DNA from: an uncultured Gemmatimonadaceae bacterium
Lineage (GTDB): Bacteria; Gemmatimonadota; Gemmatimonadetes; Gemmatimonadales; Gemmatimonadaceae
DNA: 64,000 nucleotides
NCBI GenBank assembly: GCA_963751275.1
Contig: CAVVTZ010000007.1
Coordinates: 512,001-576,000 of the forward strand
Direction of reading: 5' to 3'
The position numbers were made by a program, and so were the translations under genes. Of this stretch, positions 51,221-64,000 are shown in pieces. Below the pieces are notes generated by a model, which had not been told where the DNA came from, ran no database searches, and worked only from the letters and a program-made list of their open reading frames with translations. The number at the start of each line of letters is the position of its first letter. Positions within the stretch are counted from its first letter, which is position 1.

Positions 51221-52216
51221 ATGACATCCGGCGCGCAGCGTACGCTCGGCATCGTGGTCCCGGTCTTCAACGAGGAGCGCGGGCTCGCGGCCTTCCACCA
51301 CCAGCTCGCGGCGGCGGTGGACTCGCTGCCGGTGGACGCGCGCATCTGTTACGTCAATGATGGTTCCACCAATGCCACCGACGCCGCGCTCGACACGATC
51401 GCGCGCGCCGACCCGCGCGTGATGGTGGTGACGCTCACCCGCAACTTCGGCCACCAGGCGGCACTCAGCGCCGGCCTCGCTATCGTTGCCGGCGATGCCG
51501 TGGTGACGCTTGACGGCGACGGACAGCATCCGCCCGAACTCATCGCCGAGATGCTGGCGCTGCACGACGCGGGCTACGACGTGGTGCTCGCGCAACGCAG
51601 CTCGGCGCGCGACGCGTCCGCGACCAAGCGGTTCACGTCGGGCGCCTTCTACTGGCTGCTCAGCCGCATCGGCGACACGCCGATACAGCCGGGAGTGGCG
51701 GACTACCGGCTCACGTCGCGCGCGGTGGTGGACGCGCTCGGGCAGATGCCCGAGTATCACCGCTACCTGCGCGGCATGGTGGCGTGGCTCGGCTACAAGA
51801 CGGTGATCATCCCCTATCCCGAACGCGGACGCGCCAGCGGCTCCTCCAAGTACTCGCTGCGGAAGATGCTGCGACTCGCATCCGACGCGATCTCGAGCTT
51901 CTCGCTGGTGCCCCTGCGTCTCGGGATCGCGCTGGGACTCAGCTTTCTCCTGTTCGCGGCGGCCGAGGTCGGCTACGTCGCGTGGATCTGGCTGCGCGGC
52001 GAGACGAGCAGGTTGGTGCCGGGATGGAGTTCGCTGATGTTCGCCATCCTCATGGCGGGCGGGTTGGTGATGATCCTTCTCGGCCTCGTCGGATCATACG
52101 TGGGCTACATCTTCCAGGAAGTGAAGCGGCGCCCGGTGTATGTCGTGCGGGCGCCGCGGGCGAGGGACGGGGCAGAGGGCGCTGGCCCGCCGCGGTCGAA
52201 GGGTGAGGACGAGTAG
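51221..52216 (+). CDS. GT2 polyprenyl-phosphate glycosyltransferase (GtrB/ArnC-like)
   Basis: VVPVFNEE, VNDGS, RNFGHQAALSAG, LDGDGQHPPE, two C-terminal TMs, EVKRRPVY. Confidence 0.9.
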   Translation: MTSGAQRTLGIVVPVFNEERGLAAFHHQLAAAVDSLPVDARICYVNDGSTNATDAALDTIARADPRVMVVTLTRNFGHQAALSAGLAIVAGDAVVTLDGDGQHPPELIAEMLALHDAGYDVVLAQRSSARDASATKRFTSGAFYWLLSRIGDTPIQPGVADYRLTSRAVVDALGQMPEYHRYLRGMVAWLGYKTVIIPYPERGRASGSSKYSLRKMLRLASDAISSFSLVPLRLGIALGLSFLLFAAAEVGYVAWIWLRGETSRLVPGWSSLMFAILMAGGLVMILLGLVGSYVGYIFQEVKRRPVYVVRAPRARDGAEGAGPPRSKGEDE

Positions 52217-52268
52217 TCGCGGCGCGGCTGCCCACTCTGCGCCGCCCGACATCAGTGCATATTGAAGC

Positions 52269-53054
52269 ATGCGCTCACGCCTCGTAGCTCTCTCGCTCCT
52301 GGTGGCACTCCGTCCGGGCACTGACGGCCCCGCCTACTCCCCCGGCACGTACAAGTATTCCCTCCTGACGGTCATCAAGCGCAGCCAGTCCGTCGCCAAC
52401 ACCGAACTCTCGAGCACCCTCACCGCCGACCAGCGCATGACGCTGTCCCTGACCGCGCGCGGCACTGACTCGCTCGCCCTCCAGCTCACGCTCACCGACT
52501 ACAGCGTGCGCTCCGACCTGCCGACACAGCTCCCCAATGTCTCGAAGATGAAAGGCACGGTCGTCATGGGCACGATGAGCACCCGCGGCCGCCTCGCGTC
52601 GTTCTCGCACTTCTCGCCCGTCACCGGCGGCGCCGACGTCCTCTCGCTCGCCCAGAAGATGTCGCGCTTCCTCCCCGCCCTGGCGCCGGACACCGGCGAC
52701 GCGACAGCGTTCACCGACACCACCACCGACAAGCAGAACAGCCCGTCGGGCGACCTCACCGAGCGCATCATCACCGCCACCACGCTCGACGGGGACACGA
52801 CCTTCGACGGTGCGCGCGCGGTCCGCGTGCGGCATGCGACCACGGACCTGCTCGACGGTACGATCGTGCAGAGCGGACAGACGCTCCCGATCAACTCGGA
52901 GGGCACCGGCGAGGGCACCTTCTACATTAGCGCACGCGGCGTCTACCTCGGCGCCCGCGTCACGAGCACCTCCACGTCGCGGATCAAACTCCCCGACGGG
53001 ACGATCGTGACGCTCACGCAGGATGCGACCTCCACGGTCACGCTCCTGAAGTAG
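52269..53054 (+). CDS. Hypothetical secreted beta-rich protein
   Basis: Signal-like N-terminus, Thr-rich beta strands, coding-type codon pattern. Confidence 0.65.
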   Translation: MRSRLVALSLLVALRPGTDGPAYSPGTYKYSLLTVIKRSQSVANTELSSTLTADQRMTLSLTARGTDSLALQLTLTDYSVRSDLPTQLPNVSKMKGTVVMGTMSTRGRLASFSHFSPVTGGADVLSLAQKMSRFLPALAPDTGDATAFTDTTTDKQNSPSGDLTERIITATTLDGDTTFDGARAVRVRHATTDLLDGTIVQSGQTLPINSEGTGEGTFYISARGVYLGARVTSTSTSRIKLPDGTIVTLTQDATSTVTLLK

Positions 53055-53063
53055 GGAGGCGCG

Positions 53064-53492
53064 CTACTCGTCGCCCGCGGCGCCTCGTCCGCGCTTCCGC
53101 TCCGCGCGCCGCCGCTTCTCGCTCAATCGCCGCTCCACCGATCCGCGCGTCGGCTTCGTCGCCACGCGGCGCTTCGGCACCGCGAGCGCGCGCCGCACCA
53201 GCTCCGCCAGCCGCGACTCCGCGGCCTCGAGGTTCTGCCGCTGGCTCCGCCGCGCCGAACTCACTACTCTCAGGTTGCCGCCGCCGTCAAGCCGGGATCC
53301 GAGCTTGAGCAGCACACGCGCGCGCTGGTCGGCGTCCAGGGCGCGACTCTCAGCCACACCCCACACCACCTCGATGCGCGTGCTCGACGTGTTCACGTGC
53401 TGCCCGCCCGCGCCGCCCGCGCGCGAGGCGCGCACGGCGAGTTCATCGCGCGGGATCGACACCGCATCGGTCACTCGCACCGCGCCGCTCAC
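53064..53492 (-). CDS. arfB: Alternative ribosome rescue factor ArfB (YaeJ)
   Basis: GGAGGQHVN, RSQRQN, basic tail KRRVATKPTRGSVERRLSEKRRR. Confidence 0.92.
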   Translation of the reverse strand: MSGAVRVTDAVSIPRDELAVRASRAGGAGGQHVNTSSTRIEVVWGVAESRALDADQRARVLLKLGSRLDGGGNLRVVSSARRSQRQNLEAAESRLAELVRRALAVPKRRVATKPTRGSVERRLSEKRRRAERKRGRGAAGDE

Positions 53493-54868
53493 GGGCGCTT
53501 CGCCTTGCCGCCCGCGCGCCCGTCCTTCGGCGCCGCCGCCACGGCGGGCGGCGCCCGCATCACGCGCACCGCCGCCACCCGCTTCCGGTCCATCGCCACC
53601 ACTTCCAGCTCGCCGCCGGGGAAGGGCACCCGCTCACCCACCCGCGGCACGCGCCCGAGCCGCGTGAACACATAACCGCCGAGCGTCGTCCAGCTCCCCT
53701 CGGGGATCTCCACCTGATAATCCTGCCGCACGTCGATCAGCGACATCGAACCCTGCAGTTCCAGCATCCCGCCGCTCGTCGTCGCCATGCGCTCGGCGCC
53801 GTCGTACTCATCGGCGATGTCGCCGATCAATTCCTCCACGAGATCCTCGAGCGTCAGCACGCCCTGCATGCCGCCGTGCTCATCGAGCACGATCGCCATG
53901 TGCGCGCGCGTCTTCCGCAATTCGTTCAGCACCAGCTCCGCGGCGCGCCCCTCCGGCACGAACATCGCCGGCCGCACGTACGAGCGCAGCACGAACTCCT
54001 CGCCGCGCTCGTGCATCCAGAGGTCCTTCGCGAGGAAGACGCCCACCACGTCGTCCGGCGACTCGTCGTACACCGGGTACCGCGAGTAGCCCTCGGCGCG
54101 CAGCGTCTTCCAGACCTCCTCCTCCGTCTCGCCGATCCACAGCGAAGAGACCTTCGTCCGCGGCCGCATCACGTCGCGCGCCTTCTTCTTCTGGAAGACG
54201 AACACGCCCTGCAGCACTTCGCGGTCGGTCTCGCTGAACTTCCCCTCGTCCAGCGATTGCCGCACGATCAGCTCCAGTTCCTCCGGCGAGTGCACCCTGG
54301 AGTGCCCGGTCGCCGGCTTCACGTGCAACACGCGCAGGATGCTGTTCGCCGACCCGTTGAGCACCACCGTGAACGGGCTCGCGAGCCAGGCGAACGCGCG
54401 CAGCGGGTACACGATGCGGCGCGCCATGCGCTCCGGATCGCTCAGCGCGATGGCCTTCGGCGTGAGCTCGCCGAGCACGATGTGAAGGATCGTGATGATG
54501 ATGAACGCCGTGGTCACCGCCGCGGCCGCGTGCGTCACGCCGCTCGGCGCGTCGATGCCCACGCGGACGAGCAGCCGCCGCAGCAGCGTGGCGATCGTCG
54601 CCTCGCCCACCCAGCCGAGCGCCAGCGACGCGCACGTGATCCCCAGCTGCGTCGCGGAGATGTACCGGTAGAGATTCTGCAGCACGCGCTGCACCGCGCG
54701 CGCGCGCACATCCCCGCGCTTCGCGAGCGCATCGATCTTGCTCCGCCGCGCGCTCACCAGCGCGAATTCCGCCATCACGAAGAACGCGTTGGCGCCCACG
54801 ATCAGCAGAACGGCGAACAGCCGCCAGCCGATCCCGCTCGCCGTCAGCTCGTCGGTCCCCACTTGCAC
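53489..54868 (-). CDS. CNNM/DUF21-CBS-CorC (hemolysin-family) Mg2+ transporter
   Basis: NAFFVMAEFALV, TQLGIT, GELTPK, YSRYPVY, LDEHGG, LEDLVEELIGDIADEYD. SD AAGGAG. Confidence 0.9.
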   Translation of the reverse strand: MQVGTDELTASGIGWRLFAVLLIVGANAFFVMAEFALVSARRSKIDALAKRGDVRARAVQRVLQNLYRYISATQLGITCASLALGWVGEATIATLLRRLLVRVGIDAPSGVTHAAAAVTTAFIIITILHIVLGELTPKAIALSDPERMARRIVYPLRAFAWLASPFTVVLNGSANSILRVLHVKPATGHSRVHSPEELELIVRQSLDEGKFSETDREVLQGVFVFQKKKARDVMRPRTKVSSLWIGETEEEVWKTLRAEGYSRYPVYDESPDDVVGVFLAKDLWMHERGEEFVLRSYVRPAMFVPEGRAAELVLNELRKTRAHMAIVLDEHGGMQGVLTLEDLVEELIGDIADEYDGAERMATTSGGMLELQGSMSLIDVRQDYQVEIPEGSWTTLGGYVFTRLGRVPRVGERVPFPGGELEVVAMDRKRVAAVRVMRAPPAVAAAPKDGRAGGKAKRP

Positions 54869-54966
54869 GTAACTCCTTGTCGTATGTGCTCGTCCAAGAT
54901 ATAGCAAAACGCCACGATTCACGACGTCCGCGGTTCGGGCGCTCTGCAAGACCACGCCCCTTACTA

Positions 54967-54972
54967 TACTAT
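54967..54972 (+). promoter_or_regulatory. -10-like hexamer TACTAT 6 nt before the pilS-like ATG
   Basis: TACTAT-cacggc-ATG, overlapping TATACT. Confidence 0.5.
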
Positions 54973-54978
54973 CACGGC

Positions 54979-56612
54979 ATGTTCGATCCGCGACGCGTAC
55001 TCCGCTGGATCTATATCGGGCGTCTCTCGCTCGCCGCCGCGATCTTCGTCGCCGCGCTCGTCCAATGGCGGCTCGCCAATGCCGGCGACACGCTCATCGC
55101 GACGCTCGCGCTCCTGAGCACGATCCTCTTCACCTTCTGGTCGCTCTGGCACGTCGGCGCCGCCGGCACGATCTCGCGCACCTTCTGCTATTTGCAGGCG
55201 CTGTTCGACGTCGCGCTCGTCACGGTGGTCGTGCACGTCACCGGCGGCGCCCTCTCGCTCTTCGCGCCGCTCTACATCCTCGTCACGGTCGGCGCGTCGC
55301 TCCTCCTCCCCGTGGGCGGCGTGCTCCTGATCGCCGCGCTCGGCAACGCCGCCTACTTCGCCGACGTCCTGCTCGGCCACCGCACGCCCGTCTCGCTGGC
55401 GCTCATCCTCCAGCTCGTCGTGTTCGCGCTCGTCGCCCTCGCGGTCGCCTATCTCGCCGCGCGCCTGCAGGAAGCCGGCGTCAACCGCGAAGAGCTCGAA
55501 GCGCGCCTCAACATCGCCAAGCTGCAGGCCGAGGACATCCTCAAGAACATCCGCAGCGGCATCGTCACCATCGATTCGCGCGGCCGCATGCTCTTCGCGA
55601 ACCCGATGAGTGGCACGCTGCTCGGCTTCGATTCCGAGAGCGTGCGCGGCCGGCCGGTGCGCGAGGTCTTCGCCAGCACCGCGCCCGCCCTCGTCGCCGC
55701 GCTCGAGCGCGCCGTGCAGGCGCGCGAACGCGTCACGCGCGGCGAGGCCGCGATCACGGTGCACGGCCGCACCTTCCCGATCGGGCTCACCACCACCACG
55801 ATCGACGCCGACGGCACGCCCGAAGGCATCTCCGCCACCGCGATCTTCCAGGACATCTCGGACAACAAACGCCTCGAGGAACTCCGCCTCCGCGCCGAAC
55901 GCCTCGAGGCCGTCGCCGAGCTCAGCGCCTCGCTGGCGCACGAGATCAAGAACCCGCTCGCCTCCATTCGCAGCGCCACCGAGCAGCTCGCCCGGCGTCC
56001 AAAGGCCGACGACGACGAACGCACGCTCGGCCGCCTCATCGTTCGCGAGTCCGACCGCCTCTCGCGCCTCCTCTCGGAATTCCTCGACTTCGCGCGCGTG
56101 CGCGTCACCCGCGGCGAGCGCGTGGACATGACCGCCATCGCGCGCACCGCCGCCGGCCTCGCCACCGCGCACCCCGACCGGAAGAAGGGCGTGAGCGTGC
56201 TCTGTATCGCGCCCACCGGCCCGCTCTTCGTCGAGGGCGACGAGGACCTCCTCCACCGCGCGGTGTTCAACATCGCCCTCAACGCGGTGCAGGCATCGCG
56301 CGAGAACGGCGAGGTGCGCATCGAGATCGGCACGATGGCGGTGGACCAGATCCCCACCGGCGTGCCCTTCACCATGCACGCCGTCTCGCTGCGCGTCACC
56401 GACGACGGCCCCGGCATCCCCGTCGAGATCCGCGACCGCGTCTTCGATCCCTTCTTCACCACCAAGCCGGGCGGCAGCGGACTCGGTCTCCCGATCGTCC
56501 ACCGCGCCATCGAGGCGCACCGCGGCTTCGTCTTCCTCGACAGCTCGAGCAAGGGAACGAAGTTCACCGTGCTGCTTCCCCTCGCGCGCCCGCCCGTCAG
56601 CGGAGACCTCAC

Positions 56613-56616
<4 letters not shown>
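54979..56616 (+). CDS. PilS-like sensor histidine kinase (about 6 TM + PAS)
   Basis: VVHVTGGALSLF PilS-type membrane domain, PAS, LAHEIKNPL, DPFFTTKPGGSGLGL. Confidence 0.85.
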
Positions 56617-57990
<1,374 letters not shown>

Positions 57991-57994
<4 letters not shown>

Positions 57995-59670
57995 CCGCTC
58001 CCGCCGGCGAGGCGGCCGCGCCGCTCTCCATCACCGTCTCCCGATTCTTCCCCTCGCGCGCGCGGCTGCACCGCTGGGCCCCGCTCGTCGTCGCGCTCGT
58101 CGCGATGGCGGTGTACGCGAACGCCCTCGAGAACGGCTACGTGCTCGACGACCGCGGCATCCTGCTGAAGAATCCGCTCGTCTCGAGCGTAAGCGGCATC
58201 TGGCGCGCCTTCGCGAATCCCTACTGGCCGGCGGCGCTGGGCGGCGGGCAGTACCGCCCGCTCGCGATCGCCAGCTTCTCGCTGGACTGGTGGCTCTCGG
58301 GCGGCGATCCGATGTGGCTGCACGCGGTGAACATCCTCTGGCACGCGGCGGCGTCGGTGCTGGTATGGTTCCTCGCCGCCGAGCTGCTCGCGCCGGCGGC
58401 CGCGCTGGGCGCCGCGCTGCTCTTCGCCGCGCACCCGGTGCACGTGGAGGCGGTGTCGAACGTGGTGGGCCGCTCGGAGTGCATGGCCGCGGCGTTCGTG
58501 CTCGCCGCATTGCTCGCGCACCGGCGCAATTCCTGGCTCGCGATCGTGTTCCTTCCGCTCGCACTCTTGTCCAAAGAGAGCGCCGCAGTCTTCCTCGGGC
58601 TTGCGGTGCTCCACGACCTCACCGTGGCCGGCCCCGCGCACGCCGCGCTGCGCGCGCGGTGGCCGCTCTACCTCGGCTACGTTCTGATCGGAGTCGTCTA
58701 CGCCGGCGTGTTCCTGAGCGTGTTCTGGCGCGTGCCGCCGGTCGCCCCAGCTCCCGTATTCATCGGCGCTTCCACCGCCGACCGCCTCCTCACCATGACG
58801 TCGGTCATCCCGGAGTACGCGCGGCTGCTCTTCGTGCCCGCGCGGCTCTCCGCCGAGTACGTGCCGGCGGTGATCGACCTCGCCACGTCGGTGACGTGGG
58901 GGGTGGTGATGGGCGTCCTTCTGGCGGCGGTGCTCGTGGCGGCGATATTCCTCGCGTGGCGCCGGGCGCCGGAAGCGGCCTTCGCGCTGGCGTGGGTGCC
59001 CGTGACCCTGACCCCCGTCTCGAACGTCCTAGTCGTGACGGGCGTGGTGCTCGCCGAGCGAACGCTGTATCTGCCCAGCGTCGGCGCCATGCTCGCGGTG
59101 GGATGGGCGATCGAGCGGTATGGCTGGCGCGCGCCGCGAGGGGTCGGCGCGGCGGTGGCGGCGGTGCTCGTCCTGTTCGCGGTGCGCACCTGGACGCGCA
59201 CCGACATCTGGCACGATCCGAAGACGTTCATGCTCACGAACCTCGAAGAGAATCCCGAGTCGTACAAGGCGCACTGGAGCATCGGACGGGTGGATGCGGT
59301 GTCGGGCCGGCTGGCTGACGCGGAACAGGAGTACGCGACGGCGCGTGAATTGTTCGGGCGCGACGCGGTGCTCTGGCGGGAGAGCGGGGAATTGAAGTTG
59401 AAGACGGAGGACTGGGCGGGCGCGGCGGCAATGTTCGCGCGCGCGTTCGCCGTGGCGCCTCACGATACGATGATCGCCGATTCGACGTGGGCGCGGGCGG
59501 TGCTCGTCAAGCCGGATGTCTGGCAGCTGCAGGCGGGCTACGCGGACTTCTTGCTGGAAAGAGGGGATACGACGTCGGCGCGCGCTCACGCGGATCGCGC
59601 CGTCGAACTCAGTGCAGGAGCGCCCCCCGCTCTGGCGGTGCGGGCCCGAGCCAAGGGCATGATACCATGA
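57991..59670 (+). CDS. TMTC-like GT-C membrane glycosyltransferase with C-terminal TPR repeats
   Basis: YVLDD, YRPL, HAVNILWH, HPVHVEAVSNVVGRSE, LLSKE, AERTLYLPS, then TPR-like helices. Confidence 0.75.
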
Positions 59671-60922
59671 CGGATCCGCTTCGCAGAGAGTCCACGAGCG
59701 TGCCGCAGGACCTGGGCAAGTTCCAGCTGTTCACCTCGCTGAAGACCGAGATGATGCTCAATCTCGCCGTCCTCGGCACCGCGGCCCTCTCGCTGGCCGC
59801 GCTCAACGTGGTGGTGCTCGAGAGCATCATCATGACGAGGAACGGGGCGATCTACCTGGGCCTGCTCTTCATCGCGGACATCGTCCTCTTCGTCGCCTTC
59901 GGCGCGTACAAGATCCAGGGCCTCGTGCTCGACCCGCTCGACGAGATCGTGGATACCACGGAAGCGATCGCGAACGGCGACCTGTCGCGGCGCGCCCCCA
60001 GGGGGAACAACCGCGAGTTCGCGCGCCTCTCGCGCAGCGTCAACCGCATGACGGCCCGCATCCTCGAGGAGCAGGCGCAGCGCACCCACCTCGAGAAGGT
60101 CGCGAGCGTGGGCCGGCTCGCCGCCGGCGTCGCGCACGAGATCGGCAATCCGCTCGGCGCGATCAATGGCTACACGCATCTCCTCCAGGCCTCGGCCGTG
60201 CCCGGCACCGAAGCGGCCGACGCGCTCAAAGGGATCGAACGGGAGAGCGCGCGCATCGACCGCATCATGCGCGGCATGCTCGAATACGCGCGCCCGCGCC
60301 GCCGCACGAGCGGCGCCGTGGACGTGAGCGCCGTGGCCAAGCGGGCCGCCGAGATGCTGCGCGACCAGGGCGCGCTCCGCGCCACACAGCTGCACACGAC
60401 GCTCGGTGAGAATCTCCCCACCATCAGCGGCGACCGCCACGAGATGGAACAGGTGTTCGTCAACTTGATGCTGAACGGCGTGGATGCGCTCGGCGGGAAG
60501 GGCGAGATGTGGCTCGTCGTCCAGTGCGTCCCCTTCGACGAGATCTTCGGCAGCCACGCGCGCCGCGCCGAGGACCCGGGCGGCGTGCTCATGGTGCGCG
60601 AGCACAGCGCGCGCGTGCGCGCGTGGCTCAATACCGTGGGCGAGCCCACGCGCATCATCAAGGTCATCGTCTCGGACAACGGGCCGGGCGTCCCGATCAC
60701 CGACAGCGAGCGCGTCTTCGACCCGTTCTTCACCACCAAGGACCCGAACAAGGGCACCGGGCTCGGGTTGGCGATCGTGTCGCGGATCATCGAAGGCATG
60801 GGCGGCACGATCTGGGTGCGGCAGGCGCGCGAGGGCGGCGCCGCCTTCATGATCTACTTGCCGGTGCCCGAGGGCGGCGCCGGCGATCCCACTCCCGCGA
60901 CCTTGGCCGCGATCGAGCGCAC

Positions 60923-60926
<4 letters not shown>
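59667..60926 (+). CDS. HAMP sensor histidine kinase (NtrB-like)
   Basis: Two TMs, HAMP, GRLAAGVAHEIGNPL, DPFFTTKDPNKGTGLGL. Confidence 0.9.
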
Positions 60927-62272
<1,346 letters not shown>

Positions 62273-62367
62273 TCCGGCGCGGTGTTCCGCGCCGTCGTGC
62301 AATGGTCGGGTGACACGGTCCGGCGCGTTCCGCCACACATTGGCGGCCCCTTCACCGCCAGGCCGCC

Positions 62368-62736
62368 GTGCCGCGCTCGCTCCGCTCGTCCACCATCCCC
62401 GCGGGATTCACCCTCGCCGAGTGCCTCGTCGCGATCACGCTCTTCGCGGTGGGCCTGCTCGGACTCACGGGCACCGAGCTCGCCGTGGAGCGCATCGGCG
62501 CGGCCGGAGAACAGCGTGCCCGCGGCGCGGCCACCGCCTGGGCCCGGCTCGAATTGATCCGGAGCGCGCCGTGCGCCGCGCGCGCGTCCGGCGCCGCGGT
62601 CACGAGCGGAACGGCCGAGCGCTGGACCGTGGTCTCCGCCAGCGGCGCCACCACCGTGAGCGACAGCGTGACCCTCCCGTCGGCCGCCGGACGCGCGCCG
62701 GTCATCTTCGCCCTCGAGAGCGCCATGCCATGCTGA
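62368..62736 (+). CDS. Type IV minor pilin (PilV-like)
   Basis: Prepilin site G|FTLAE followed by a hydrophobic helix. Confidence 0.75.
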   Translation: MPRSLRSSTIPAGFTLAECLVAITLFAVGLLGLTGTELAVERIGAAGEQRARGAATAWARLELIRSAPCAARASGAAVTSGTAERWTVVSASGATTVSDSVTLPSAAGRAPVIFALESAMPC

Positions 62737-63602
62737 CCGCGCCGCGCGGATTCTCCCTCGCCGAACTGCTCGTCGCCGTGGTGCTCGCCTGCGCGATCGG
62801 CGCCGCCGTGATGGACTCCGCCGTCCGCCAGCAGCGCTTCTTCGCGGCCGACGCGCGCGCCGCCGTCGCGCACGCCGCTGTGCGCCAGGCCGTGGATGTG
62901 CTCTCCGCGGATCTCCGCGCGCTCACCCCCGCCGACGGCGATCTGTACGTGACCGCGCCGGACCACGTCGATTTCCGCATGCTCCTCGGCGCCTCCGTCC
63001 TCTGCACCATCGCGGCGTCGCGCGACGCCGCGGTGCTCCCGCCGCTGCGCACGGCGTCCGCGCTCGGTCTCACCAGCTGGGTCGCGGCGCCTGCCGCCGG
63101 CGACACGCTGCTCGTGCTCGATGCCGGCGGTCCCGGCGCGGCCGACGACCGCTGGGCGCGTCATGTGCTCGCCGCCGATCCCGCGCCCGGCGGTGTGTGC
63201 CCCGTGTCGAGCGGATTCACCGCCAGCGCGGCGGAAGCGGCCGCCGGTTGGAACGTGCGATTCTCCCCGCCGCTCGCCGCGACGGTGATGCCCGGCGCCG
63301 CCGTCCGCTTCGTGCGCCGCGCGCGCTTCGAGCTGTATCGCGCCGCCGACGCCAAATGGTATCTCGGTTTCTCCGACTGCCTCGCCACGCGCACGACGCC
63401 GTGCGCCGTCGTGCAGCCGGTGAGCGGGCCGTACGATGCCTCGGGCATCGGCTTCTCCTATCTCGATTCGCTCGGCGCCGCGGCCGCGCCGCCCGCCGTG
63501 GCTGGCATCATGGTGAGCGTGCGGGCGTCGGCCGCGGGCGCGGCGCCGGCCGGCGCGCGGTCGCGCGATTCCGCGCGCGCCGTGATCGCGCCGCGCAACT
63601 AG
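62730..63602 (+). CDS. Type IV minor pilin (PilW-like)
   Basis: RG|FSLAELLVAVVL, QAVDVLSADLR, C-terminal PRN. Confidence 0.78.
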   Translation: MLTAPRGFSLAELLVAVVLACAIGAAVMDSAVRQQRFFAADARAAVAHAAVRQAVDVLSADLRALTPADGDLYVTAPDHVDFRMLLGASVLCTIAASRDAAVLPPLRTASALGLTSWVAAPAAGDTLLVLDAGGPGAADDRWARHVLAADPAPGGVCPVSSGFTASAAEAAAGWNVRFSPPLAATVMPGAAVRFVRRARFELYRAADAKWYLGFSDCLATRTTPCAVVQPVSGPYDASGIGFSYLDSLGAAAAPPAVAGIMVSVRASAAGAAPAGARSRDSARAVIAPRN

Positions 63603-63605
63603 CGC

Positions 63606-64000
63606 ATGGCGCGCCGCCGCGGAGTCGCGCTCGCCATCGTGCTCGCCGCGCTCGTCGTGGCGGGTGCCCTCGCCGCCGGAGCGGTCATGGCCGCCGGCCA
63701 GGCGATCCGCGACGCCGCCGGCGCGGTCGCGCGCGCCGCCGTGCTGGCGCGGGCCGAGCGGGCGCTCGCGCTCGCGATCACCGGCCCGGAATGGGACAGC
63801 GCGTGGTCGGCGCCCGGCGCACCCGGACTCCTGGCCGTCCGGTCGCACGTGAGCGGCGCGATCACCGACTCCTTGATGATCGTGCGACTCACCGACGAGA
63901 ATTACCTCCTCCTCTCCGAGGCGCGCGCCGCCGGCCCGCCCGCCCTTGCCGCGCGCGCCCGCCTCTCCCTGCTCGTCGTGCTGGACGCGGCGCGGCGTCC
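63606..64000 (+). CDS. PilX-like minor pilin (runs off the window end)
   Basis: MARRRG|VALAIVLAALVVAGALA, lacking Glu5 as is typical of PilX/GspK. Follows the pilV/pilW-like genes. Confidence 0.65.
   Translation, partial: MARRRGVALAIVLAALVVAGALAAGAVMAAGQAIRDAAGAVARAAVLARAERALALAITGPEWDSAWSAPGAPGLLAVRSHVSGAITDSLMIVRLTDENYLLLSEARAAGPPALAARARLSLLVVLDAARR

Overview
High-GC bacterial chromosomal window, most consistent with Gemmatimonadota (inferred from gene content and style, not from a database hit). It is almost fully coding, with about 55 genes. Contents: a translationally coupled lptF-lptG-mlaE-mlaD envelope-lipid operon; comEA-pilB-pilT-pilC; a TolC/MFP/RND/YncE efflux cluster; a DUF748 protein; queC-queE-queD; two DUF4136 lipoproteins; a three-gene phospholipid module; an Ig-lipoprotein/Ser-Thr kinase/TPR/beta-barrel operon; an orphan OmpR-type two-component pair; an RDD-SpoIIM/DUF58/MoxR/DUF4350/DUF4129 cluster; a short MutY; glycosylation genes; arfB; and a pilS/pilR-like - TMTC-like GT-C - second sigma54 two-component pair - minor pilin (pilV/W/X-like) operon. 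Many genes, especially at 6.8-16.9 kb, are broken by 1-bp indels that look like long-read assembly errors. The most striking unexplained structure is a family of four long intergenic palindromes (91-242, 17936-18077, 21103-21257, 24406-24529). They share an ACTGC(N)TTTGACAKGAT terminus and 8-9-nt sub-repeats but have copy-specific cores mirrored in both arms, and two have no loop at all. Many first-in-unit genes also carry a -10-like hexamer 5-7 nt before the ATG, a leaderless-mRNA signature. No rRNA, tRNA, CRISPR array or transposase was seen.
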